Positions 11,123 to 34,014 of a stretch of DNA of 41,323 nucleotides are shown here, in pieces. Under the pieces are notes generated by a model that saw only the letters and a program-made list of their open reading frames with translations, was not told the origin of the DNA and did not search any database. A program made the translations under genes and the position numbers. How positions within the stretch are numbered: the first letter of the stretch is position 1; the number at the start of each line of letters is the position of its first letter. The stretch is from Escherichia coli (GTDB taxonomy: Bacteria; Pseudomonadota; Gammaproteobacteria; Enterobacterales; Enterobacteriaceae), in NCBI RefSeq assembly GCF_003334405.1, contig NZ_QOWM01000024.1; one strand, given 5' to 3'.

Positions 11123-12112
11123 TTACTCGTCAGCGATGCTTGCCGGTGGCCAGTTTTCCAGGCGCATGCCCAGAGACAGTCCACGGGAAGCCAGCACGTC
11201 TTTAATCTCAGTAAGAGATTTTTTACCAAGGTTAGGCGTTTTAAGGAGCTCAACCTCGGTACGCTGTACCAGATCACCGATATAGTGGATAGCTTCTGCT
11301 TTAAGGCAGTTAGCAGAGCGGACAGTCAATTCCAGATCGTCAACAGGGCGCAGCAGGATCGGATCGAACTCTGGTTTCTCTTCTTTCACTTCAGGCTGAC
11401 GTACATCACGTAAGTCAACGAAAGCTTCCAGTTGTTCAGCCAGAATGGTTGCCGCACGACGAATCGCCTCTTCAGGATCGATTGTGCCGTTGGTTTCCAT
11501 TTCGATGACCAGCTTGTCCAGGTCGGTACGCTGTTCTACACGCGCTGCTTCAACATTGTAGGCAATACGCTCCACAGGGCTGTAGCATGCGTCGACCAGC
11601 AGACGGCCGATTGGGCGCTCATCTTCTTCCGAATGAATTCGGGTAGAAGCCGGCACATAACCACGACCGCGCTGAACTTTGATACGCATGCTAATAGACG
11701 CGTTCTCATCGGTCAGGTGGCAGATCACGTGCTGCGGCTTGACGATTTCGACATCACCGTCGTGGGTGATATCGGCTGCAGTCACAGGGCCAATGCCAGA
11801 TTTATTCAAGGTAAGAATAACTTCATCTTTGCCCTGAACTCTCACCGCCAGCCCTTTCAGGTTGAGCAGGATTTCCAGGATATCTTCCTGAACGCCTTCT
11901 TTGGTGCTGTACTCATGTAGTACACCATCAATCTCAACCTCGGTCACCGCGCAACCCGGCATCGATGAGAGCAGAATACGGCGCAGTGCGTTACCCAGAG
12001 TATGGCCAAAGCCACGCTCTAAAGGCTCAAGGGTCACCTTGGCGTGCGTCGAACTCACTTGCTCGATATCAACCAGGCGCGGTTTTAGAAACTCTGTCAC
12101 AGAACCCTGCAT
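11123..12112 (-). CDS. rpoA: RNA polymerase alpha subunit
   Basis: 329 aa [50 protein letters not shown]... Confidence 0.97.
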
Positions 12113-12137
12113 TGTGTCCTCTCTTTGGTACTAAGCT

Positions 12138-13184
<1,047 letters not shown>

Positions 13185-13197
13185 TCAATCACCCCGA

Positions 13198-15180
<1,983 letters not shown>

Positions 15181-15187
15181 CTGCTAC

Positions 15188-16321
<1,134 letters not shown>

Positions 16322-16326
16322 CTACC

Positions 16327-17634
<1,308 letters not shown>

Positions 17635-17661
17635 TTACTCCCGTGATTCAATTGGTGACAA

Positions 17662-17970
<309 letters not shown>

Positions 17971-17981
17971 GTAACCCTACC

Positions 17982-19244
<1,263 letters not shown>

Positions 19245-19289
19245 CTAATGTCAACTACTACTGAGACCCGAAAATCAGGTCGTTAAAAA

Positions 19290-19340
19290 TCCCCATATCG
19301 AGGGCGCGGCATTATAACACCGCTTCAAGGATATGGGTAG
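19290..19340 (-). promoter_or_regulatory. spc operon promoter with extended -10 (TGtTATAAT)
   Basis: Minus-strand GGTGTTATAATGCC: TATAAT at plus 19311-19316 preceded by TG (plus 19318-19319); weak -35; sits between the S10 terminator and rplN. Confidence 0.5.
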
Positions 19341-19374
19341 AAAAAATAAACGGCTCATTTCTGAGCCGTTTATT
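19341..19374 (-). terminator. S10 operon rho-independent terminator
   Basis: Perfect 12-13 bp stem AATAAACGGCTCA-tttc-TGAGCCGTTTATT followed on the minus strand by a U6 run; 23 bp after the rpsQ stop. Confidence 0.8.
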
Positions 19375-19396
19375 CGTATTGAGAGAGTGTACTGTA

Positions 19397-21325
<1,929 letters not shown>

Positions 21326-21330
21326 CTACC

Positions 21331-21612
<282 letters not shown>

Positions 21613-21625
21613 TTATCCTCTAAAA

Positions 21626-24021
<2,396 letters not shown>

Positions 24022-24041
24022 TCAATCGCTCAATGACCTGA

Positions 24042-24525
<484 letters not shown>

Positions 24526-24560
24526 CGCGCATTATACATACTTAACCACCGAACGCAAGC
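24526..24560 (-). promoter_or_regulatory. S10 operon promoter
   Basis: Minus-strand TTGCGT (plus 24553-24558), 16-bp spacer, TATAAT (plus 24531-24536), then GCGCGGG; predicted start about 170 nt upstream of rpsJ. Confidence 0.5.
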
Positions 24561-24590
24561 GTATTGCTAGTAAAGTAAACAGCCTTCGGG

Positions 24591-25010
24591 TTATCTCTCA
24601 AGTTCGTTCAGTGCATTTTTGACACGCTCTCTTAAACCGGCTTTCTCTTCGCTTTCTTCCACAGTATTTTCTTCGTCTTCAGAAGAAGAGGGGGCATTCT
24701 CAACCGCGACGCCTGGGTCATCTTCCTCCTCGACGGATTCGACGACGGGGAGTGGCTGTTTTTTGAAGAAATAGTGTTGTGTTGATTGTTTAAAAGCGGG
24801 CGTTTCAGCCTCTACAGTGACTTCGGCTTTTACTATCCAAAGCACCCATAGCTGCCTGGCATACCCACCAACCAGCACCATTCCTGCAAACCACAGGCAA
24901 ATCAGTAATAAACAAATTACATATATTATGGTGCTGTGTTTTTGTCGGGAGAAGATACCAGGGTGACCTGTTTCTTTCTGCTCACGCGCGGCGATATAGA
25001 ATTCAAACAT
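24591..25010 (-). CDS. gspB: type II secretion accessory protein GspB (ExeB-like)
   Basis: 139 aa with single TM segment and acidic Ser/Glu-rich C-terminal region; immediately downstream of gspA. Confidence 0.8.
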   Translation of the reverse strand: MFEFYIAAREQKETGHPGIFSRQKHSTIIYVICLLLICLWFAGMVLVGGYARQLWVLWIVKAEVTVEAETPAFKQSTQHYFFKKQPLPVVESVEEEDDPGVAVENAPSSSEDEENTVEESEEKAGLRERVKNALNELER

Positions 25011-25011
25011 G

Positions 25012-26481
25012 TCATTTCCCCTTCACTGTTGTTTCCGGGGAAATATTTGCTTCATCCCGATATAAGTAGGCACTCTCCCCTGCCACCTGCCAGAGATGTA
25101 CTAACGTTGAAAAGCCAACAACACCGTCAGTTTTCAAGTGGTGGCTTTTTTGAAATTGCTTTATTTTTTCTACCAACAAGGGACGCCACTCCGCCGAAGG
25201 TTCTGTCGAAATATGCAATGCGCGGTTTAACATCGTTTCCAGCCAGAGAATCTCTTCCTCGCTGCTATCACGCGTAATGGTACTCTCCCCTTCCGGCGAC
25301 ATTTTCCACAACAGAAGATAATCACCCGTCCATACCGACTCAAACCATTTATGTGTCAGCGTCCACGTTTGCTGACCTACGAGGACATCAACGCTAGCCT
25401 CACCGACGCGAACGACCACAACAGGCAATTTTTTGTCCCCGACTTTAAGCGATGCGATCCAGGGCAAATTCTGATCTACCAATGTTTGTAAAGAAGCATT
25501 CCCACTTTTACATGCCAGCCCCGCTCTTACTGCCTGATCGCACCAGGCCGAATCAGCTGGGACCTCGTACCCCCATACGCCGTATAACACGCTTAGCGCC
25601 TCACTATCGCGCATCACCACATGAGCAATATCCTTAGTCATATCTTGTTTAACTACTGGCGTTACGGGTATCAGCCACGCAGGAACGGGTAACGTAGCTG
25701 TAAAAGAGGACAGCAGTAGCCAACCACAGGTAAGAGCGATAATGGTTCCACTCATCACCACGGCAAGCTGCATTTTCCGGGGGCGGTTATCACCCAATAT
25801 GCGGTAAATCATTCGCCATTGTTTTGCTGTGAAAACGCTGGTCTGCTCGGCTTGCTGTAATAAGCGAATTGTTTCGCCGGCAAGCGCCAGCTTTCTGCGA
25901 TCGCCCCGACATAATAAAGCTATCCGTTTCAGAACTCTGGCGGTTAAAAGGAGATCGGGTTGGTCAATATTCTGACCTTCAAGGATGCTTGCCTTAAGTT
26001 CGTGCTCCGTCAGACGTCCTATCGAGACAAGTTCAATGCCCTGTTTTTTAAAATCACGTTCGACTTTTCGATCGGGTCTGCCGATCAGCAAAAATTGACC
26101 GTCAGGAATAAGAGATATTGCGCGTTGGAGATCATCAAGTATGCGGCGGTGATTCAGGTGAGCATTTTCAATAATAATAAGAGGGCAGCGACTATCAGTT
26201 CGATGAAGCGCATGCAGTAATTGCCCCGCCATCTCATCTCGCGTCCAGGCGCTGTCACGGCAGCCCTGTTCAGCCGCGTTATCGTCGGTAACGATCCATG
26301 CGGCCTTACCTTGCCAGGAAACAACGAGGCTTAAAGTAATCACACGGCGATGTTTATCTTTTTGCAGTTGCTGCGCCAGCCAGGTTTTTCCACTTCCAGC
26401 CTCACCCAACAAATAGCATAGACGCCAGGTTTGACGTTTCTCACACAACCAGGAAAGAATAACTTCTCTTCTCGTAGACAT
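25012..26481 (-). CDS. gspA: type II secretion accessory ATPase-like protein GspA (ExeA-like)
   Basis: 489 aa, Walker A GEAGSGKT near the N-terminus, TM segment, periplasmic C-terminal domain; divergent from gspC. Confidence 0.85.
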   Translation of the reverse strand: MSTRREVILSWLCEKRQTWRLCYLLGEAGSGKTWLAQQLQKDKHRRVITLSLVVSWQGKAAWIVTDDNAAEQGCRDSAWTRDEMAGQLLHALHRTDSRCPLIIIENAHLNHRRILDDLQRAISLIPDGQFLLIGRPDRKVERDFKKQGIELVSIGRLTEHELKASILEGQNIDQPDLLLTARVLKRIALLCRGDRRKLALAGETIRLLQQAEQTSVFTAKQWRMIYRILGDNRPRKMQLAVVMSGTIIALTCGWLLLSSFTATLPVPAWLIPVTPVVKQDMTKDIAHVVMRDSEALSVLYGVWGYEVPADSAWCDQAVRAGLACKSGNASLQTLVDQNLPWIASLKVGDKKLPVVVVRVGEASVDVLVGQQTWTLTHKWFESVWTGDYLLLWKMSPEGESTITRDSSEEEILWLETMLNRALHISTEPSAEWRPLLVEKIKQFQKSHHLKTDGVVGFSTLVHLWQVAGESAYLYRDEANISPETTVKGK

Positions 26482-26660
26482 AGAACTTCCTGTTTTAATT
26501 ATTGATTATCCTTAATCATAAAAATAATGTATGTATTTATTAATTAAATACATATTACTAATATAAATAAATTTTGCTTGATTCATGCAAGCGGCATTAA
26601 TACTATTTATACTAACGTCAATATACAACCCACCCAATCTATTTTATTAGAACATACATC
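26482..26660. promoter_or_regulatory. AT-rich divergent gspA / gspC control region with 10-bp-arm inverted repeat
   Basis: About 80 percent A+T over 179 bp; perfect inverted repeat TATGTATTTA-ttaat-TAAATACATA at 26530-26554; H-NS silencing of this locus is from memory of the literature. Confidence 0.5.
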
Positions 26661-27476
26661 GTGCCCACACTACGTTTCCCCTTCCATCTGGCGAATCATA
26701 ATAAAGATGCTGCCATCAATATATTGATTATATTTATAAGCATAGGGTCGATTATTTTTAATGTGAATTATTTCCATACAACTATAGTTAAAAATGGACA
26801 GATCATTAATCAACCAACAAACGCATTTCAGTCTGATTTCAGCCTTGCCGCTTTATGGCGTAACGAAAATCATGCTGGGGTAAAAGATGCAAATCCCGTG
26901 GCAGTTAATCAGGAAACACCTAAGCTCTCTATAGCGCTTAATGGCATTGTACTCACATCGAATGATGAGACTTCTTTTGTCTTAATTAATGAGGGGAGCG
27001 AACAAAAGCGATACTCCCTCAACGAAGCCCTTGAGTCAGCGCCGGGAACGTTTATTAGAAAAATAAATAAAACCAGCGTTGTGTTTGAAACTCACGGGCA
27101 TTACGAAAAAGTAACTCTCCATCCAGGGCTACCTGACATCATCAAGCAGCCTGATTCAGAAAGTCAAAATGTACTCGCTGATTATATTATCGCCACGCCT
27201 ATACGTGATGGAGAACAGATATACGGGCTTCGATTGAACCCTCGTAAGGGCCTCAATGCATTTACCACCAGCTTGCTACAACCAGGGGATATCGCCCTCA
27301 GGATCAATAATCTTTCGCTGACCCACCCTGATGAGGTTTCACAGGCATTAAGTTTACTGCTAACTCAACAAAGTGCTCAGTTTACAATTCGTCGCAACGG
27401 CGTACCCCGCTTGATAAATGTTTCCGTCGGGGAACTTACAGGAATGAATGGACTGCGTCATGAAAGGACTCAATAA
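26661..27476 (+). CDS. gspC: type II secretion system protein C
   Basis: 271 aa from GTG at 26661; N-terminal TM segment ([15 protein letters not shown]), periplasmic domain; first gene of the gspC-O operon. Confidence 0.8.
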
Positions 27477-29412
27477 AATCACCTGCTGCTTGCTGGCAGC
27501 ACTACTCATGCCTTGTGCAGGACACGCTGAGAACGAACAATACGGCGCGAACTTCAATAACGCCGATATCCGCCAGTTCGTGGAAATAGTGGGTCAGCAT
27601 CTTGGCAAAACGATCCTGATCGACCCTTCGGTACAGGGAACCATTTCCGTACGCAGTAATGATACGTTTAGCCAACAGGAGTACTACCAGTTCTTTTTAA
27701 GTATTCTTGATCTTTACGGTTATTCCGTGATCACGCTGGACAATGGTTTTCTGAAAGTGGTTCGCTCAGCTAATGTAAAAACATCGCCAGGGATGATTGC
27801 TGACAGTTCTCGTCCAGGCGTAGGTGATGAGTTGGTCACCCGAATTGTACCGCTTGAGAACGTTCCTGCTCGTGACCTGGCCCCCCTGCTCCGCCAGATG
27901 ATGGATGCGGGTAGCGTCGGTAATGTTGTGCATTATGAACCCTCCAACGTTCTTATTCTGACCGGTCGTGCCTCCACCATTAATAAACTGATTGAAGTCA
28001 TAAAGCGCGTTGATGTCATCGGCACAGAGAAGCAGCAAATTATTCATCTGGAATATGCGTCAGCGGAAGATCTCGCCGAGATTCTTAATCAATTAATCAG
28101 CGAAAGCCACGGTAAAAGCCAGATGCCAGCCCTCCTCTCCGCGAAGATTGTGGCGGATAAGCGAACCAACTCTCTTATCATCAGTGGACCGGAAAAAGCA
28201 CGCCAGCGCATCACTTCATTACTGAAAAGCCTTGATGTCGAAGAGAGCGAGGAAGGAAATACCCGGGTTTATTACCTGAAATATGCTAAAGCCACGAATC
28301 TGGTGGAAGTGCTAACCGGTGTTTCCGAAAAGCTGAAAGATGAAAAAGGGAATGCGCGTAAGCCCTCCTCTTCTGGCGCGATGGATAACGTCGCCATTAC
28401 CGCCGATGAACAGACTAACTCTCTGGTCATTACCGCTGACCAGTCCGTCCAGGAAAAACTCGCCACGGTAATTGCGCGTCTGGACATTCGCCGTGCACAG
28501 GTGCTGGTTGAGGCAATCATCGTTGAAGTTCAGGATGGAAATGGACTAAACCTCGGCGTGCAATGGGCGAATAAAAACGTTGGCGCACAGCAATTTACCA
28601 ATACCGGATTACCGATTTTTAACGCTGCGCAAGGTGTGGCTGATTATAAAAAGAATGGTGGGATCACCAGCGCGAATCCTGCCTGGGATATGTTTAGCGC
28701 CTACAATGGCATGGCCGCAGGCTTCTTCAATGACGACTGGGGAGTACTGCTTACCGCGCTGGCCAGTAACAATAAAAATGACATCCTCGCCACCCCAAGC
28801 ATCGTAACGCTGGATAATAAACTCGCGTCCTTCAACGTGGGGCAGGATGTGCCGGTGCTATCCGGGTCACAGACCACTTCAGGGGATAACGTCTTTAATA
28901 CCGTCGAACGCAAAACGGTGGGGACAAAACTCAAAGTTACTCCGCAGGTCAATGAAGGCGACGCGGTGTTGCTCGAAATAGAGCAGGAAGTCTCCAGCGT
29001 TGACTCTTCCTCTAACTCGACGCTCGGCCCGACGTTTAATACCCGTACTATTCAAAACGCCGTGCTGGTCAAAACCGGTGAAACGGTGGTCCTGGGCGGA
29101 TTGCTGGATGATTTTTCTAAAGAGCAAGTGTCAAAGGTTCCTCTGCTTGGCGATATTCCTTTAGTGGGGCAACTCTTCCGCTATACCTCCACCGAGCGCG
29201 CTAAACGCAACCTGATGGTATTTATCCGTCCGACGATTATCCGTGACGATGATGTTTATCGCTCACTGTCAAAAGAGAAATACACCCGTTACCGTCAGGA
29301 GCAACAACAGCGGATCGACGGGAAATCAAAAGCGCTGGTTGGCTCGGAAGATTTGCCGGTGCTGGATGAAAACACGTTCAACAGTCACGCCCCTGCGCCA
29401 TCGTCACGGTGA
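27460..29412 (+). CDS. gspD: type II secretion secretin
   Basis: Translation [27 protein letters not shown]... (signal peptide), secretin domain ([15 protein letters not shown]); internal ATG at 27460 gives 650 aa. Confidence 0.9.
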
Positions 29413-29421
29413 GGCATTCAT

Positions 29422-30903
29422 ATGAGAATTCACTCACCGTACCCCGCCAGTTGGGCGCTGGCACAACGAATTGGTTATCTCTATTCAGAGGGCGAGATTA
29501 TTTATCTCGCCGATACGCCATTCGAGCGGTTACTCGATATTCAACGTCAGGTTGGCCAGTGCCAGACCATGACCAGCTTGTCACAGGCTGATTTTGAAGC
29601 TCGGCTGGAAGCGGTATTCCATCAGAATACCGGTGAGTCGCAACAGATTGCGCAGGATATCGATCAATCCGTCGATCTTCTCTCGCTTTCGGAAGAGATG
29701 CCCGCAAATGAAGATCTCCTGAATGAAGATTCAGCGGCACCGGTTATCCGCTTGATCAATGCGATTTTGAGTGAGGCCATCAAAGAAACCGCCTCTGATA
29801 TCCACATTGAAACCTATGAAAAAACAATGTCGATCCGTTTTCGCATCGACGGCGTTTTGCGGACAATTTTACAGCCAAACAAAAAACTGGCGGCACTGCT
29901 TATCTCCCGAATTAAGGTCATGGCTCGTCTTGATATCGCCGAAAAACGTATTCCACAGGATGGAAGAATTAGTTTGCGTATCGGGCGACGTAACATAGAT
30001 GTCCGCGTATCCACACTGCCGTCCATCTATGGTGAACGCGCCGTACTCCGCCTGCTGGATAAAAACAGCCTCCAGCTTTCATTGAACAACCTGGGGATGA
30101 CGGCAGCGGATAAGCAGGATTTAGAAAATCTCATTCAGCTTCCGCACGGTATTATCCTGGTGACAGGGCCGACAGGCTCCGGTAAAAGCACCACGCTCTA
30201 CGCCATCCTTTCGGCGCTGAATACTCCCGGCCGCAATATTCTGACGGTAGAAGATCCCGTGGAATATGAGCTGGAAGGCATTGGGCAAACGCAGGTGAAT
30301 ACCCGTGTGGATATGTCTTTCGCTCGCGGCCTGCGCGCCATACTTCGCCAGGACCCGGATGTCGTCATGGTGGGGGAAATTCGTGATACAGAAACCGCGC
30401 AGATTGCGGTTCAGGCCTCGCTCACCGGCCATCTGGTACTCTCAACACTCCACACTAACAGTGCATCAGGCGCAGTGACCCGGCTCCGCGACATGGGCGT
30501 CGAATCATTCCTGCTTTCGTCTTCCCTGGCAGGGATTATCGCGCAACGTCTGGTTCGTCGCCTGTGTCCGCAATGCCGACAATTCACGCCCGTATCACCC
30601 CAACAAGCGCAGATGTTTAAATATCATCAGCTCGCGGTGACAACAATTGGCACTCCCGTAGGCTGCCCTCATTGCCATCAATCCGGCTATCAGGGGCGCA
30701 TGGCGATCCACGAAATGATGGTGGTGACGCCGGAATTACGGGCCGCTATTCATGAAAATGTGGATGAACAAGCACTGGAGCGACTAGTCCGGCAACAACA
30801 CAAGGCCTTAATCAAAAATGGCCTGCAAAAAGTGATAAGCGGTGACACCTCCTGGGATGAGGTTATGCGCGTCGCCAGTGCCACGCTGGAGAGCGAAGCA
30901 TGA
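29422..30903 (+). CDS. gspE: type II secretion ATPase
   Basis: 493 aa, Walker [10 protein letters not shown], tetracysteine CPQC...CPHC motif. Confidence 0.92.
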   Translation: MRIHSPYPASWALAQRIGYLYSEGEIIYLADTPFERLLDIQRQVGQCQTMTSLSQADFEARLEAVFHQNTGESQQIAQDIDQSVDLLSLSEEMPANEDLLNEDSAAPVIRLINAILSEAIKETASDIHIETYEKTMSIRFRIDGVLRTILQPNKKLAALLISRIKVMARLDIAEKRIPQDGRISLRIGRRNIDVRVSTLPSIYGERAVLRLLDKNSLQLSLNNLGMTAADKQDLENLIQLPHGIILVTGPTGSGKSTTLYAILSALNTPGRNILTVEDPVEYELEGIGQTQVNTRVDMSFARGLRAILRQDPDVVMVGEIRDTETAQIAVQASLTGHLVLSTLHTNSASGAVTRLRDMGVESFLLSSSLAGIIAQRLVRRLCPQCRQFTPVSPQQAQMFKYHQLAVTTIGTPVGCPHCHQSGYQGRMAIHEMMVVTPELRAAIHENVDEQALERLVRQQHKALIKNGLQKVISGDTSWDEVMRVASATLESEA

Positions 30904-32096
30904 ATTATCGCTATCGCGCCATGACCCAGGATGGTCAAAAATTGCAAGGGATCATTGATGCTAACGATGAACGTCAGGCACGACTGCGGCTGCGTGAAGA
31001 AGGGCTTTTCCTGCTGGATATTCGCCCCCAAAAAAGTTCGGGAGTAAAAACACGTCGCCCGAGGATCAGCCATAGTGAACTGACGCTTTTCACCCGGCAG
31101 TTGGCAACCTTAAGCGCAGCGGCATTACCCCTGGAAGAGAGCCTTGCCGTAATCGGTCAACAAAGCAGTAATAAACGACTGGGTGACGTGTTAAATCAGG
31201 TACGCAGCGCCATCCTTGAAGGGCATCCCCTTTCCGATGCATTACAGCATTTTCCCACGCTTTTCGATTCGCTCTATCGTACCCTGGTAAAAGCGGGCGA
31301 AAAGAGCGGGCTGCTGGCCCCGGTGTTGGAAAAGCTGGCTGATTACAATGAAAACCGGCAGAAAATCCGCAGCAAGCTCATTCAGTCACTGATCTACCCC
31401 TGTATGCTCACTACGGTGGCGATTGGGGTCGTGATTATTCTCCTCACTGCTGTCGTGCCCAAAATTACCGAACAGTTCGTGCATATGAAGCAGCAACTGC
31501 CGCTGAGTACACGCATTCTTTTAGGTCTGAGCGACACGTTGCAACGTACCGGCCCGACATTATTAGCGACAGTGTTTATTGTCGCTGTAGGTTTCTGGCT
31601 CTGGTTAAAACGCGGCAATAACCGCCACCGTTTTCATGCCATGTTGCTGCGCGTTGCGCTCATCGGCCCGCTGATTTGCGCCATTAACAGCGCACGCTAT
31701 CTCCGCACTTTAAGTATTTTGCAATCCAGCGGCGTCCCTCTGCTGGATGGGATGAATTTGTCCACCGAAAGCCTCAACAACCTCGAAATTCGCCAGCGTC
31801 TGGCAAATGCGGCAGAGAACGTTCGCCAGGGTAACAGCATTCATCTTTCGCTGGAACAAACCGCAATTTTCCCGCCGATGATGCTCTACATGGTGGCCTC
31901 TGGCGAAAAAAGCGGGCAGCTCGGCACATTAATGGTCAGAGCCGCAGATAACCAGGAGACACTCCAACAAAATCGGATCGCCTTAACGCTCTCCATCTTC
32001 GAGCCAGCACTCATTATTACGATGGCACTGATCGTCCTGTTTATTGTCGTGTCGGTACTCCAACCTCTTCTTCAACTTAACTCAATGATTAATTAA
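30900..32096 (+). CDS. gspF: type II secretion inner-membrane platform protein
   Basis: 398 aa polytopic GspF/PilC family; ATGA overlap with gspE. Confidence 0.9.
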
Positions 32097-32105
32097 GGAA
32101 AGCAT

Positions 32106-32543
32106 ATGCGCGCAACGGATAAGCAACGCGGTTTTACATTACTGGAAATTATGGTGGTGATCGTCATTATCGGCGTACTTGCCAGCCTGGTGGTTCCTAA
32201 CCTAATGGGCAATAAAGAAAAGGCGGATAAGCAAAAAGCCGTCAGCGATATTGTGGCGCTGGAAAACGCCCTTGATATGTACAAACTCGACAATCATCAC
32301 TATCCAACCACAAATCAGGGGCTTGAATCCTTAGTAGAAGCGCCGACACTGCCACCGCTGGCCGCAAACTATAACAAGGAAGGTTATATCAAGCGTCTGC
32401 CTGCCGATCCCTGGGGCAATGATTATGTCCTCGTTAATCCTGGTGAACATGGTGCATACGATCTGCTTTCAGCAGGGCCCGATGGTGAAATGGGAACCGA
32501 GGACGACATCACCAACTGGGGTTTGAGCAAGAAGAAAAAGTAA
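32106..32543 (+). CDS. gspG: type II secretion major pseudopilin
   Basis: 145 aa, prepilin leader [26 protein letters not shown]. Confidence 0.92.
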   Translation: MRATDKQRGFTLLEIMVVIVIIGVLASLVVPNLMGNKEKADKQKAVSDIVALENALDMYKLDNHHYPTTNQGLESLVEAPTLPPLAANYNKEGYIKRLPADPWGNDYVLVNPGEHGAYDLLSAGPDGEMGTEDDITNWGLSKKKK

Positions 32544-32550
32544 GTCAGCG

Positions 32551-33060
32551 ATGAATCAGCAACGCGGGTTTACCCTGCTGGAGATGATGCTGGTGCTGGC
32601 GCTGGTCGCTATCACGGCAAGCGTGGTGCTCTTCACATATGGCCGGGAGGATGTCGCCAGCACTCGTGCGCGCGAAACAGCGGCGCGGTTTACCGCTGCA
32701 CTTGAATTAGCCATCGACCGCGCCACGCTCAGTGGTCAGCCTGTCGGTATCCATTTCTCTGATTCAGCATGGCGCATTATGGTACCGGGCAAAACACCAT
32801 CAGCCTGGCGCTGGGTTCCATTACAAGAAGATGCCGCAGACGAGAGCCAAAATGACTGGGATGAAGAACTCTCAATTCATCTTCAGCCATTTAAACCTGA
32901 TGACAGCAACCAGCCACAGGTTGTGATTCTGGCCGACGGACAAATCACGCCCTTCTCTTTGTTGATGGCTAACGCCGGGACCGGTGAGCCGCTCCTGACG
33001 TTAGTCTGTTCAGGCTCATGGCCCCTGGATCAAACGCTCGCCAGAGATACCCGCCCATGA
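32551..33060 (+). CDS. gspH: type II secretion minor pseudopilin H
   Basis: 169 aa, prepilin motif [16 protein letters not shown]. Confidence 0.88.
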
Positions 33061-33434
33061 ACAAACAATCAGGGATGACACTGCTTGAAGTCTTACTGGC
33101 GATGAGTATTTTCACCGCTGTTGCTCTGACTTTAATGAGCAGTATGCAAGGGCAACGAAATGCCATCGAGCGAATGCGTAACGAGACGCTGGCATTGTGG
33201 ATAGCGGATAACCAGCTTCAGTCACAAGATTCATTCGGCGAGGAAAACACGTCCAGTTCTGGCAAAGAGTTAATAAATGGCGAAGAGTGGAACTGGCGCA
33301 GCGATATCCACTCAAGCAAAGACGGCACGCTTCTGGAACGCACCATAACGGTGACATTACCCAGCGGTCAGACAACCTCGCTTACGCGTTATCAAAGCAT
33401 CGATAATAAATCCGGGCAGGCACAAGATGATTAA
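33057..33434 (+). CDS. gspI: type II secretion minor pseudopilin I
   Basis: Translation [19 protein letters not shown]...; internal ATG 33057 (ATGA overlap with gspH) gives 125 aa. Confidence 0.85.
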
Positions 33435-34014
33435 TCGCCAGCAGGGTTTCACATTGCTGGAGGTCATGGCGGCGCTGGCGATTTTCTCAATGCTTAGCGT
33501 GCTGGCGTTTATGATTTTTTCGCAAGCTTCCGAGTTGCATCAACGCTCACAGAAAGAAATCCAGCAGTTCAATCAGCTACAGCGCACCATCACCATTCTT
33601 GATAACGATCTCCTGCAACTGGTCGCCCGGAGGAATCGGAGTACGGACAAAATCATGGTGTTGGGTGAAGAAGCTATTTTTACCACGCAAAGTCGCGATC
33701 CGCTGGCTCCTCTCAGTGAAGCACAAACCTTACTCACTGTTCACTGGTATCTGCGAAATCATACGCTCTACCGTGCTGTTCGTACTTCTGTGGATGGCAG
33801 GAAGGATCAACCCGCCCAGGCGATGCTGGAACATGTCGAGAGCTTTCTTCTGGAAAGTAACAGCGGGGAAAGCCAGGAACTTCCTCTCTCAGTCACGTTA
33901 CATCTGCAGACTCAGCAATATGGGGGGTTACAGCGCCGTTTTGCATTACCTGAGCAGTTAGCGAGAGAAGAGTCGCCAGCTCAGACGCAGGCCGGGAATA
34001 ATAACCATGAATAA
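33427..34014 (+). CDS. gspJ: type II secretion minor pseudopilin J
   Basis: 195 aa, prepilin motif [16 protein letters not shown]. Confidence 0.88.

Noticed and set aside
19245-19262. Perfect TTGACA hexamer about 20 nt upstream of the rplN start codon
   Set aside because: No -10 element lies at appropriate spacing downstream before the ATG, so it cannot act as a -35. It sits in the spc leader next to the Shine-Dalgarno and is most likely coincidental.
24575-24593. Possible terminator hairpin at the 3' end of gspB
   Set aside because: Only a 4-bp stem with a tetraloop and no following U-run; too weak to call an intrinsic terminator.
27448-27459. Upstream in-frame starts suggested by the ORF track for gspD (27448), gspI (33018), gspM (36141), rsmB (6269), zntR (10261), tsaC (2543) and aroE (1948)
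   Set aside because: In each case an internal start gives the length I remember for the E. coli protein, removes or reduces overlap with the upstream gene, or places the start right after a signal-peptide-like or family-typical N-terminus. These are judgement calls, not verified.
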